Positions 35,217-44,181 are shown, counted from the stretch's first letter. The stretch: 64,000 bases of DNA from an uncultured bacterium (GCA_903873255.1 CAIQNR010000040.1:4492-68491), one strand, 5' to 3'. Notes: generated by a model not told the origin, from the letters alone. Numbers and translations are program-made.

Positions 35217-36731
35217 ATGGAAATAAAAAGTTCTGATCTCGTTTCATTATTCGAAAAATCACTCAGCGATGCCCCTCAAAAATCGTTGCAAGAGATAGGT
35301 ATAGTTGTACAAGTCGGTGATGGTATTTGCCGTGTACATGGGCTTGAAAATGCAGTCTATAATGAAATGATCACTTTTGAGGGTGGAAACAAAGGCATTG
35401 TTCTTGATTTAGAAGAAAATTATGTTTCTATTTTTTTACTTTATAACTCTATTCCTGTTGTGGAACTTGAAACTGCATATAGAACTGGAGAGGCTTTTAA
35501 AACTCCCGTTGGTATGCATTTAGCAGGTCGTGTTATTAATGCTGTAGGCAAACCAATTGATGGTCTTGGAGATTTAGTTATAGAAGATCGTTTGCCTATT
35601 GAAGCGGCAGCACCTGGCGTTATAGAAAGAAGTCCCGTAAATGAATCTTTGGAAACGGGAATTCTTGCAGTTGATGCTTTGATTCCTGTTGGCAAAGGTC
35701 AACGAGAACTTATTATTGGAAATCGTGGTACAGGAAAAACAGCAATAGCACTTGATACAATTTTGCATCAAAAAGGTAAAAATGTTTTTTGTATTTTTGT
35801 ATCCATTGGTCAGCGCCAAGCAAATTTAGCACGTACTATTCGCTTATTGGTAGAAAATGGGGCAATGGAATATACGGTTATTGTCAGTGCTGATTCTAGT
35901 GATTCAGTTTTGTGTCAGTATCTTGCTCCCTATGTTGGCTGTACGATAGGTGAATATTTCAGAAGTAAGGGTCATGATGCATTGATTGTCTATGATGATT
36001 TAACCAATCATGCAATTGCTTATCGTGAAATGTCTCTTCTGTTGCGTAGACCACCAGGACGAGAAGCTTTTCCTGGGGATGTTTTTTATCTTCATTCTCG
36101 CTTGCTTGAACGAGCTGGTAAAATAATGGCCGGTGGTTCTTTAACTGCGCTGCCAATTATTCAGGTGCAAGCAGATGACATTACGGCTTATATTCCAACA
36201 AATTTAATTTCTATTACCGATGGCCAAATATTTTTAGACGATCAAATATTTAAAAGTGGTGTTCGGCCAGCTATTAATATTGGTCTTTCTGTATCTCGTG
36301 TTGGTGGAGCTGCTCAAACCAAGGCTGTTAAAAAAATGGCAAAAACATTGGGGCTTGAGCTTGCTCAGTATCGTGAGCTGTTAGATTTTTCTCAGTTTGG
36401 AACAGATCTTGATGCAATTGCTCAAGAACGAATTTCAAAGGGTCAACGTGCTGTAGAAGTTCTTAAACAGGCTCAATATACTACATATACCTTCATAGAA
36501 GAGGCTTTGATGCTCTTTATGCTTCATGAGGATAGGTTGGATGGGATAGAGATTTCATATGTTCATACCTTTGTTATGCAATTTGTAAGTTACGTTGAAT
36601 CGGTATATCCAAAAATTTATAAGGTAATTTTGGATACGCAAGATGTAACTTCAGATGTGCATGATGAGCTTAAGCGTATCGTTCAAGAATTCAAAACTCT
36701 TTTTGTATTGCCTGATGGAAGAAATGCTTAA
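35217..36731 (+). CDS. atpA: F0F1 ATP synthase subunit alpha
   Basis: Walker A GNRGTGKTAIALDTI, YDDLTNHAIAYREMSLLLRRPPGREAFPGDVFYLHSRLLERA and ITDGQIFL. Confidence 0.95.
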   Translation: MEIKSSDLVSLFEKSLSDAPQKSLQEIGIVVQVGDGICRVHGLENAVYNEMITFEGGNKGIVLDLEENYVSIFLLYNSIPVVELETAYRTGEAFKTPVGMHLAGRVINAVGKPIDGLGDLVIEDRLPIEAAAPGVIERSPVNESLETGILAVDALIPVGKGQRELIIGNRGTGKTAIALDTILHQKGKNVFCIFVSIGQRQANLARTIRLLVENGAMEYTVIVSADSSDSVLCQYLAPYVGCTIGEYFRSKGHDALIVYDDLTNHAIAYREMSLLLRRPPGREAFPGDVFYLHSRLLERAGKIMAGGSLTALPIIQVQADDITAYIPTNLISITDGQIFLDDQIFKSGVRPAINIGLSVSRVGGAAQTKAVKKMAKTLGLELAQYRELLDFSQFGTDLDAIAQERISKGQRAVEVLKQAQYTTYTFIEEALMLFMLHEDRLDGIEISYVHTFVMQFVSYVESVYPKIYKVILDTQDVTSDVHDELKRIVQEFKTLFVLPDGRNA

Positions 36732-36785
36732 TTTGAAAAGATCTATAGAATAGCTTATACTGAGCTTTCTTATCTTGAAATATAC

Positions 36786-36862
36786 GTGCCCGTAGCTCAG
36801 TTGGATAGAGCGACAGACTTCTAATCTGTAGGTCATAGGTTCAATTCCTATCGGGCACACCA
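36786..36862 (+). tRNA. tRNA-Arg (anticodon UCU)
   Basis: Manual cloverleaf: acceptor GTGCCCG/CGGGCAC, anticodon stem ACAGA/TCTGT with loop CUUCUAA, T-loop GGTTCAATTCC, encoded CCA. Confidence 0.9.
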
Positions 36863-37032
36863 TACTTCGCTGCTATGAAGCTCTGTATGGTAGGCCATCA
36901 CAATAATGATTAATTATCAAAAAAATATTGATTACTAAAAGAGAAGTATGCCCTTTGTAGCATCTATCCTCTGAAGCTTTAGAGAAAGATGGATAGGTCA
37001 AATAGGGCTGTATTTATCGCTTAATAAAATTT

Positions 37033-37061
37033 AAAGCCACCTGTTTAAGGGTGGCTTTTTT
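37033..37061. terminator. bidirectional rho-independent terminator
   Basis: AAAGCCACC - 8-nt loop - GGTGGCTTTTTT. Lies between tRNA-Arg (+) and the 3' end of the 37087 gene (-). Confidence 0.7.
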
Positions 37062-37086
37062 AATGTTCAATTTTTTTATTTTGTTA

Positions 37087-40000
37087 TTATGCAGATTTCT
37101 TTACTGGTGTGGTTGAAAGTGAATTAATACCACCTACAAATCCCCCCATAATGGTCGCAATGCCTGTTAGTGTTATATTACTGTTTGTTAAATCGCTATA
37201 ATTTATAGTGACTGGTTGAGTTAGATCATTTGTTACGCCATATCCAATATTGTTTCCAGCGGCATTAAGTGCAGCTAGATAGTATTTAGGTGTATAGCCT
37301 CTTGAGTCGTAGGCAACTTCAACAAAAGCTACCCCATTAGGTAATCCAGAAGCAGGCATTTTTACCATTCTAATGGTGCTATAGAGTCCGCCATAAATAC
37401 ATGATGAACCATTTTGAGATGCTGTATAGAGCGGTGCTCCACCATATGACATAAGGAAGGTAATGCCATTTACAATGTTAGTTAGATTAGTTGAGAATGT
37501 TGAAGGTAATGCATTTCCTATGTAGCACCCTGCAGGAAGTGTTGTTTTATTAGCCAAGAAGCTTGCAAGTGTTACAGAACTATTTGCAGTTGGATTAATG
37601 ATAAATATTTTTGTGGTATCGCAGCTAGGTGAACTATTTGTTGTGCCATTTAGAATTGTCCAGTATGGCGCCGTAGTTATTACAGAATCATTAAATATAA
37701 TAAGTGCATCAAATTGACTGCCCGTTGTTCCAGCTGTCATTGAATTGTAATTTTGTGTTGTTAGTAGGGTGTAATTTGCTCCAGCAAAGTTTATTGGGTG
37801 TCCATTCGTATCTTTTATAGTCATATTGTTATAGGTGACATTTTTAGGCGCAATAGGTGTTACTGGCATTGTTGCCGCTGCTGTTGTAGTAACTGTGGTA
37901 GGTGTAGCAGCTGCAGTTGATGTGGTTGCCGAAGTACTAGAGGTTGTAGTGATTGTTGGTTTAGCAACAGCAGGAGTTGGTGTAGTCACTTGAGCTGGTG
38001 CAATTACAGGTGCTGTAACTACAGGTTGAGAAGTGGTCGAAGTCGGAGTTGTTTGCGTTGTAGTAGGTACTGGGGTTGTTTGCATAGTAGTAGGTGTAGC
38101 CGACGGTGTATTTGGATTTACATTTGTAATATATGAACCATCTGGAAGGGTTGTTTTGTTAGCTAAAAATGCATCAAGTCTGATAGAAGATCCATCTGAT
38201 TTTATAATGTAGAGTGTTGTTGGATCAATAGTTGCAAGGTTAGTTATTCCCAATGTTAATGACCAGAAAGGATCAGAACTTATTGTTGTATCATTAAAAA
38301 TTATAATTCCATCAAATGGTCCGCTTTGAGTTGAAGTAATGATACTGCCATTTTTAGTAGAAAGTATTGTAACGCTGGCTCCAACAAAGTTAATTAAGTT
38401 TCCTTTTGAATCCTGAATTTTTTGATTATTGCCATATGTTTTGTTAACAACAGGAGCTAGCTGTATAAAGCATCCATCTGGAAGCGTTGTTTTATTTGCA
38501 ATGAAGTTTGCAAGCGTTATAAATGTTCCATCTGGTTTTGCTATAAATATTTTAGTCAGATCAAGGGAAGTAGTACGGTTAACATTCCCATTAATGAGTG
38601 ACCAGAAAGGTGCTGAAGTCATGTTTTTATCATTAAAGATAATAACTGAATCTAATGGATTGCTGATCGTGTAGATACCAGTAAAATCTTTTGTTGTAAG
38701 AAGTGTATAACTTGTTCCTCTAAAATCGATACTATTTCCATTATCTTGTATGAGTGATTGATTTGGTCCATAGGAGATAGTTACAGGCGATAAAGGAAGA
38801 GGTTTTGTGTCAAGGTAGCAGCCTGCTGGAAGTACCGGTGAATTGATCAAGCAGTTTGCTAAAGACATGGAAGTGTTTGTTGCTGGATTTACAATAAATA
38901 TTTTATTGAAATCCCCAATAATATCAGCATTTACAGCTCCATTTAGTAGTGACCAATAAGGTATTGATGTTATTTTTGTATCATTAAAAATCACGACTGC
39001 GTCAAATGTTGCTTTTCCGAGATTTATAGGGGCAAAGTTTTTTGTTGTAATGAGTGTGTAATTTGCGCCTGTAAAATTAACAGAATTATTGTTGATATCT
39101 TTTATAACCATATTATTGTATGCAACACCTCCTGTAGGGATTACAACTGGTGTAACAACTGGTTGAGTTGATACAGGAGTGGTGGCTGGACTTGTTGGTG
39201 CGGTAGAAGCTACAGGTTGTGAAGATTGAGTATTTAGTGGTGCAGTAAGACTACTGATAGGTGTGCTAGGTTGTGCAGAAGATGTTGTATCTATTGAAGC
39301 AGAATTTGTGGTACTAGAAGAAGTTGGCGTGCTTGGTGTTGATGCTGCTATAGGCATAGGTGTAGGTAAAGAAACTTGCGCCGCAGGAGTTACAACCGGA
39401 GTATTAGGAGCTGCTGATTGAACTATAGGTGTGGTTACTGAAGATGGTGATGTTTGTGCAGGAGCTTGTGTTGTTTGAGTGGTAGTTGTAGTAGTAGCTC
39501 CAGTAGTAGTTGGTGTTGTAGATGATGGTGCCATAGGTATTTGATTTGGAGCAGGAGTTGCAGTTACAGATTGAGCGGGTGCGGTAACAGTAGTTGTAGG
39601 AATACTTGTATCAGTAGTAGGAGGCGTAGGAGCAGTAGTGTTTCCAGTTGCAAACATTGAAGGTATTAGTGTTGGAATAGGTGTGGTTACAGAAGATAGT
39701 GATGTTTGTGCAGGAGCTTGTGTTGTTTGAGTGGTAGTTGTAGTAGTAGCTCCAGAAGTAATAGTTGGTGTTGTAGATGATGGTGCTATAGGTACTGAAG
39801 ACAAGTAGCAACCATCTGGTAATGTTGTTTTATTTGCTAAAAATTTTGCAAGTGATTGGGATGTATTTGTTGTTGGATTGATAATAAAGATTTTTGTTGG
39901 ATCGCTATCTGCTGTCGATTTTGCTCTCCCGTCAAAAATTTCAAAAAATGGTTGTGATGTCATATTGGTGTCATTAAAGATCATAATCGTGTCAAAAGGG

Positions 40001-40431
40001 CTTCCGCCTGCAACTGTAGGATTAAAATTATGTGTTGAAAGCATTTGATAACCTGTACCTGCAAAATTGATAGGATTATTATTCATATCTTTTATGACAA
40101 GATAGTTACACATCACATTTATTGGATTAGTACTTACGGTAGCAGATTGTTGTACTGAAGTGTTTGATGTAGATCCCGTAAAAGGTGTAACCGGAGTTGG
40201 CGTAGAAGATGGTACCTGAGAGCCTAATGTTGTACCTGTTGTTGAGGCAGGAGATGTAACGACAGTTTGAGTTGGTGGGGTAACGGTGGAAACATTTGTT
40301 GTTAAAGATTTTTTTGTGGGTGGCGTTATTATTATATGGCTAAAGTGTTTTCTTCTTGTGGTATTGGATGGGATCAGAACGTTTTGATAAATACCTGATA
40401 AACAGATTAATAAGACTAAACGATTTTTCAT
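37087..40431 (-). CDS. giant repeat-containing surface protein (5 x ~105-aa domain + Pro/Thr mucin-like linkers + C-terminal hydrophobic tail)
   Basis: The track ORF starts at 40437 (MVM...). The second ATG at 40431 lies 5 nt after an AAGGGA SD. Has a signal peptide. Repeat coordinates are given in the repeat feature. Confidence 0.8.
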   Translation of the reverse strand: MKNRLVLLICLSGIYQNVLIPSNTTRRKHFSHIIITPPTKKSLTTNVSTVTPPTQTVVTSPASTTGTTLGSQVPSSTPTPVTPFTGSTSNTSVQQSATVSTNPINVMCNYLVIKDMNNNPINFAGTGYQMLSTHNFNPTVAGGSPFDTIMIFNDTNMTSQPFFEIFDGRAKSTADSDPTKIFIINPTTNTSQSLAKFLANKTTLPDGCYLSSVPIAPSSTTPTITSGATTTTTTQTTQAPAQTSLSSVTTPIPTLIPSMFATGNTTAPTPPTTDTSIPTTTVTAPAQSVTATPAPNQIPMAPSSTTPTTTGATTTTTTQTTQAPAQTSPSSVTTPIVQSAAPNTPVVTPAAQVSLPTPMPIAASTPSTPTSSSTTNSASIDTTSSAQPSTPISSLTAPLNTQSSQPVASTAPTSPATTPVSTQPVVTPVVIPTGGVAYNNMVIKDINNNSVNFTGANYTLITTKNFAPINLGKATFDAVVIFNDTKITSIPYWSLLNGAVNADIIGDFNKIFIVNPATNTSMSLANCLINSPVLPAGCYLDTKPLPLSPVTISYGPNQSLIQDNGNSIDFRGTSYTLLTTKDFTGIYTISNPLDSVIIFNDKNMTSAPFWSLINGNVNRTTSLDLTKIFIAKPDGTFITLANFIANKTTLPDGCFIQLAPVVNKTYGNNQKIQDSKGNLINFVGASVTILSTKNGSIITSTQSGPFDGIIIFNDTTISSDPFWSLTLGITNLATIDPTTLYIIKSDGSSIRLDAFLANKTTLPDGSYITNVNPNTPSATPTTMQTTPVPTTTQTTPTSTTSQPVVTAPVIAPAQVTTPTPAVAKPTITTTSSTSATTSTAAATPTTVTTTAAATMPVTPIAPKNVTYNNMTIKDTNGHPINFAGANYTLLTTQNYNSMTAGTTGSQFDALIIFNDSVITTAPYWTILNGTTNSSPSCDTTKIFIINPTANSSVTLASFLANKTTLPAGCYIGNALPSTFSTNLTNIVNGITFLMSYGGAPLYTASQNGSSCIYGGLYSTIRMVKMPASGLPNGVAFVEVAYDSRGYTPKYYLAALNAAGNNIGYGVTNDLTQPVTINYSDLTNSNITLTGIATIMGGFVGGINSLSTTPVKKSA
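39424..39539 (-). repeat. near-identical intragenic direct repeat, copy 2
   Basis: Encodes PMAPSSTTPTTTGATTTTTTQTTQAPAQTSPSSVTTPI. About 95% nucleotide identity to 39676-39794 by eye. Confidence 0.85.
39676..39794 (-). repeat. near-identical intragenic direct repeat, copy 1
   Basis: Encodes IAPSSTTPTITSGATTTTTTQTTQAPAQTSLSSVTTPI. Contains one extra codon relative to copy 2. Confidence 0.85.
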
Positions 40432-40460
40432 TACCATCCCTTTTTATATTAGAATTAAAC
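40402..40460 (-). repeat. duplicated RBS/start/signal-peptide module, copy A
   Basis: acagattaataagactaaacgatttttcattaccatccc... matches 41276-41335 at 35 of the first 38 nt. Confidence 0.8.
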
Positions 40461-40462
40461 GT

Positions 40463-41305
40463 TTAAATTTTACTTGTAGATTTTATGGAGACAGAAGTTC
40501 CTGTTGTTACCAAAGATGATTTTACTTGAGTTGAAGAGAGCATAAGCGATGAAGCAGCTGGCAGTGTTGTTTTTTGCAACATTGTAGCAGCAGTTGCAGT
40601 TGGCATAAATGTTGCAGTTGTTATCAAAGATGCTTGAGGTTGTATTGTTGGATTTACTTTAGCAGTCATTGCTGGTTGAGTTTGCATTATTGTAGTTGAA
40701 GCTGTTGTTAAAGATGTTTGGCTTGCAGGAGGAGGTGTTGGCTGAGCTGGTTGAGTTGGAGTGGTTAAATTTATTTTAGCAGTCATTATCGGTTGAGTTT
40801 GCATCATTGTAGTTGGGGTTGTTATTAAAGAATTTTGAGATTGAGCAGGTGGGTTCATTTTGGTAGTTATTGCAGTTGGAGTTGCTACTAAAGATGTTTG
40901 GGTTGCTAAAGGAAGTGTTGGTTGAGCTGGTTGCATTGGAGCAGTTGAGCTTATTTGAGTAGTAATTGCCGGTTGATTTTGTATCATTACAGCGGCAGGA
41001 GTTTGTATTGTAGAGGCTGAAGAAGCTGTTGCAGTTGGTTGTGGTTGCATTGCAGGTTGTTGCGCTGTTATTTGATTTTGTAGTGTTGGTAGATAGCGCA
41101 TAAGGTTAACAGTATTGGTATCTATTCTTTGTATATCGTTTTGTAGATTTACAATCATAGATTGAATCGGATTAAGGAGCGATTGCATTGAGGCTTGTAA
41201 AAGACCCGGGAATGAACCCATGGTAATTGGCGCTGCATTTGGATCTGTAGATGCTTGTATATTGATATTTAGTGAACAGACCAATAAGACTAAACGCTTT
41301 TTCAT
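40463..41305 (-). CDS. secreted Pro/Thr/Gln-rich repeat protein (tandem neighbour of the giant surface protein)
   Basis: Signal peptide MKKRLVLLVC is almost identical to that of the neighbour (MKNRLVLLIC). The second ATG at 41305 lies 5 nt after an AAGGAGA SD. Mature part is low complexity. Confidence 0.7.
   Translation of the reverse strand: MKKRLVLLVCSLNINIQASTDPNAAPITMGSFPGLLQASMQSLLNPIQSMIVNLQNDIQRIDTNTVNLMRYLPTLQNQITAQQPAMQPQPTATASSASTIQTPAAVMIQNQPAITTQISSTAPMQPAQPTLPLATQTSLVATPTAITTKMNPPAQSQNSLITTPTTMMQTQPIMTAKINLTTPTQPAQPTPPPASQTSLTTASTTIMQTQPAMTAKVNPTIQPQASLITTATFMPTATAATMLQKTTLPAASSLMLSSTQVKSSLVTTGTSVSIKSTSKI
40607..41014 (-). repeat. degenerate tandem coding repeats (~37-41 aa units)
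   Basis: Units such as TPTTMMQTQPIMTAKINLTTPTQPAQPTPPPASQTSL, PAAVMIQNQPAITTQISSTAPMQPAQPTLPLATQTSL and TASTTIMQTQPAMTAKVNPTIQPQASL. Confidence 0.7.
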
Positions 41306-41335
41306 TACCATCTCCTTTTTTCTTAAAATTAATTT
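41276..41335 (-). repeat. duplicated RBS/start/signal-peptide module, copy B
   Basis: acagaccaataagactaaacgctttttcattaccatctcc... See copy A. Confidence 0.8.
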
Positions 41336-41496
41336 CTATTAGTAAGTATAATTGTATGATTGCTTGTAAATCAATAGTGTTGGTTTATCTGATGGATTTT
41401 TATATCTCCATAAGCATTTTTTATTATTTTTCTTGCGTACTTATTTTTGTAATCGTACGGTAGTATAAATGTTAATTTTATTGAAAGGGATTTTGT

Positions 41497-42345
41497 ATGA
41501 TTATAAGCACAGTAAGAGCGCTTTTTATTAAATCTTTAATAACCTATAGAGATCAGTTTTTAAAGATCTTTACGCTTAGTTTTTTTTATACAGTTGTTTC
41601 AGCCATTATATTTTTTGGAATGTTATGGTCGCCTTATACCTTAACTTCTCTCTTTTCATCCGATATTTTTTTAAATATTGCAGTTGATGATCGTATTGCT
41701 TTGGCGCTAGAACAAATTAAAATATTTCCATTTTTAGCTCGATGGACATTATTTATGCTTGCAATGGGAAAGTTTTCTGCCGTCTTGGTTAGGATTGTGT
41801 ATCTAGTAGCATTTGCAGTTATTCAAGTAATATCATTAGGATTCATTCGCTCTTTATGCAGAGTATATGATAAAAAAGATGTTTCTTTACGGGATTTATT
41901 TTTTAGTTATAAAGCAGCTTTGCGGGCATTTTTTATAATGATAATTTGCGGGATATTATTATTTTTAGTTGGCTATGCCGTTATTTTAACACCAATGCTT
42001 GGGGAACCTGCTTCTATAATTGTAAAAATAGGTGGGGTTTTATTTTTAGTATGGCTTTCTATTTTTTCTATAATGGCAACGTATGGTGCAATTACCACAG
42101 AAGATCCAATATTTATGATTATTAAAAAATCTGTGACGATAACATTACATGGATTACTTGTGTTGCTACTTACCATAATTTTTCTCATTGTGATGGGATC
42201 GTTAATGATGTATGGATCGAATTATATTTTTGGTATGTTCCATCCAACAAAGATAGTGATCTTATGGATGGTTGTAAAAAATATGGTGATTATGCCTTTG
42301 ATGATATTTTCTTTGTTTGGTGCCTATAAAGCGGCAGCTAAGTAA
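41497..42345 (+). CDS. hypothetical polytopic membrane protein
   Basis: 282 aa with about 6-7 hydrophobic helices and an AAGGGA RBS. No recognisable family. Confidence 0.6.
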   Translation: MIISTVRALFIKSLITYRDQFLKIFTLSFFYTVVSAIIFFGMLWSPYTLTSLFSSDIFLNIAVDDRIALALEQIKIFPFLARWTLFMLAMGKFSAVLVRIVYLVAFAVIQVISLGFIRSLCRVYDKKDVSLRDLFFSYKAALRAFFIMIICGILLFLVGYAVILTPMLGEPASIIVKIGGVLFLVWLSIFSIMATYGAITTEDPIFMIIKKSVTITLHGLLVLLLTIIFLIVMGSLMMYGSNYIFGMFHPTKIVILWMVVKNMVIMPLMIFSLFGAYKAAAK

Positions 42346-42351
42346 CTAATT

Positions 42352-44181
42352 TTACAATTTTCTTTTGAATTTTTTTTCAATTTCAAAAAGCGGTAATAAC
42401 CAACTGGTTGGCCTTCCATGTGGACAAGCAAATCGGTTGGTTGTTCCATTAAGATCTTTAAGCAGTGCTTGCATTTTTTCTTGCGATAAAAGATCGCCTG
42501 CTTTTATTGCAGCTTTGCAAGCAATTTGAGCGCGCATTTTTTCTGTAATAAAGCGCGTAATAGCATCCTTTTCTGCCTTGCCATAATCGCGTATCCAGCC
42601 AATGATATGTTGTAGTAATTCAGTAATGTTAACCGCTTGGCTATAGACCGGTTTAGAACGCAAAACAAGTTCGTTTACCGAAATTTGTTCAAGCATAATG
42701 CCATGGTCATGGAGCAGGGGAAGGTATTCAAGTAGTTCTTCAAGATCATTTTTTTGAAGTGAGATTGTTTCTGGAAATAATAATGAAATAGTTTCTTGTT
42801 GTGTAAATGATGCCGCAATTTTTTCATACAAAATTCGTTCATGTGCCGCATGTTGGTCAATTAAAAGGAGTCCTTCAGGATGTTCAAGCAGTAAGTAGGT
42901 CAGATGCAGCTGTCCAAGAATAGTATAGGCACTCAGCGATTCTTCTATATGGCTTTCTTGCGCGAATGGTTGTGCATGTTCAGGAAGTGGAAAAGAAATT
43001 TGGGGAGTTGATTCTACTGGTGCTGATGGTACAACGTTATCAGGAAATGGAGAACTTGCGTAAGTATGTTGTAGTGGTAGATCTTTAAAAACAGATCTTT
43101 TAGGCGAAAATTGTTCTGATGCAAAATGTTGAAAGGGGTTGGTCTTACTGTTGTAAGATTGAGGAAATGATGATGATTGTTGAAGCCGCTGTGATATATG
43201 TGCTTCAAGTGTTTGTTTAACAGTGTTTGTTATCAAATGTTCAACTGTTTTTCGGTGTAAAAAAACAACTTCTTCTTTTTTTGGATGTGTGTTGATATCA
43301 ACTTCTGTTGAATTAATGGTGATATTCAAAACAATAAGTGGATATTTTTGTGGTTGGAGTACATTCATGTACCCTTTCATAATTGCTTGTGAAATGCCGT
43401 AATTTTTTATCCATCGATTATTAACAAACATAAAGATACCGTTACGATCATAGCGGCTGTAATGGGCCCCTGTAAGTGCACCAGAGCATGTTATAGAGTC
43501 ATCAGTTGCAGAAAAATCACATAGTTGTTTACTCAGAGACGGTTCAAAAAGTTGTGCAATCCGTTGATCAATCGATGTTACTTCAGGGCAGCTGTAGACA
43601 ATGCTGCCATTATGAGAGAGTAAAAAGTGGACTGCAAGATTGCTTAAACAGAATGCTTTAAATAGTTGGAGTGTTTGATTGAGTTCAGTAGTTGTTGTTT
43701 TTAAGAATTTTTTTCGTGCGGGAACATTATAAAAAAGGTCTTTAATTTCGATGGTTGTTCCAAGAGGGGCCCCAATAATAGTTTCTTGTGTAATTACACC
43801 ATTTTCTATGCTCAGTTTTAATGCATGTTCGCTGTTTGTATGACGTGTTGTAAGTGTAACTTGTGCGACGCTACAAATGCTTGCAAGTGCTTCTCCACGA
43901 AAGCCAAAGGTAAGAACATTTTGTAGTTCATCAAAGGTTGTAATTTTGCTAGTTGTATGGCGTAAAAAACAGATACGTGCGTCTGCTACTTCCATGCCGC
44001 AGCCATTGTCGGTGATAGTAAGATTCGATTTGCCACCATCTTCTAAAGTAAGCGTTATTTTTGTGGCACCAGCATCAAGCGCATTTTCTATAAGTTCTTT
44101 AACAATATTCGATGGTCGTTCAACCACTTCACCGGCAGCTATTTTTTGAGCTTCTTGCAGTGGCAAATATTTAATAATCAT
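42352..44181 (-). CDS. mutL: DNA mismatch repair protein MutL
   Basis: GHKL ATPase N-terminus (IAAGEVVERPSNIVKELIENALDAGAT, DNGCGM, GFRGEAL). C-terminal dimerisation/endonuclease region (DQHAAHERILYE, ACKAAIKAG, CPHGRP). Confidence 0.9.
   Translation of the reverse strand: MIIKYLPLQEAQKIAAGEVVERPSNIVKELIENALDAGATKITLTLEDGGKSNLTITDNGCGMEVADARICFLRHTTSKITTFDELQNVLTFGFRGEALASICSVAQVTLTTRHTNSEHALKLSIENGVITQETIIGAPLGTTIEIKDLFYNVPARKKFLKTTTTELNQTLQLFKAFCLSNLAVHFLLSHNGSIVYSCPEVTSIDQRIAQLFEPSLSKQLCDFSATDDSITCSGALTGAHYSRYDRNGIFMFVNNRWIKNYGISQAIMKGYMNVLQPQKYPLIVLNITINSTEVDINTHPKKEEVVFLHRKTVEHLITNTVKQTLEAHISQRLQQSSSFPQSYNSKTNPFQHFASEQFSPKRSVFKDLPLQHTYASSPFPDNVVPSAPVESTPQISFPLPEHAQPFAQESHIEESLSAYTILGQLHLTYLLLEHPEGLLLIDQHAAHERILYEKIAASFTQQETISLLFPETISLQKNDLEELLEYLPLLHDHGIMLEQISVNELVLRSKPVYSQAVNITELLQHIIGWIRDYGKAEKDAITRFITEKMRAQIACKAAIKAGDLLSQEKMQALLKDLNGTTNRFACPHGRPTSWLLPLFEIEKKFKRKL

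Larger units (their letters stand above)
37522..40119 (-). repeat. five divergent copies of a ~105-aa coding repeat
   Basis: Copies at 39802-40119, 38812-39129, 38467-38781, 38128-38451 and 37522-37842. Shared blocks: N(F/L)xG(A/T)xYT(L)L(T/S)T, FDxxIIFND(T)x(I/M)TSxP(F/Y)W, KIFI(I/V)NP and LANKTTLP(D/A)GCY. Confidence 0.85.

Noticed and set aside
36947-37012. Imperfect long hairpin (GCCCT...CTATCC...AAGCTT...GGATAG...AGGGC) between tRNA-Arg and the terminator. Considered as a small structured RNA.
   Set aside because: The stems are short (5-6 bp) with many mismatches. There is no recognisable family and no promoter. It may simply be trailer or terminator context.
37843-39801. Highly repetitive ACC/ACT/CCA-rich DNA. 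Considered as a non-coding tandem array or CRISPR-like structure.
   Set aside because: It is an uninterrupted reading frame encoding Pro/Thr linkers. It has no repeat-spacer periodicity and no cas genes.
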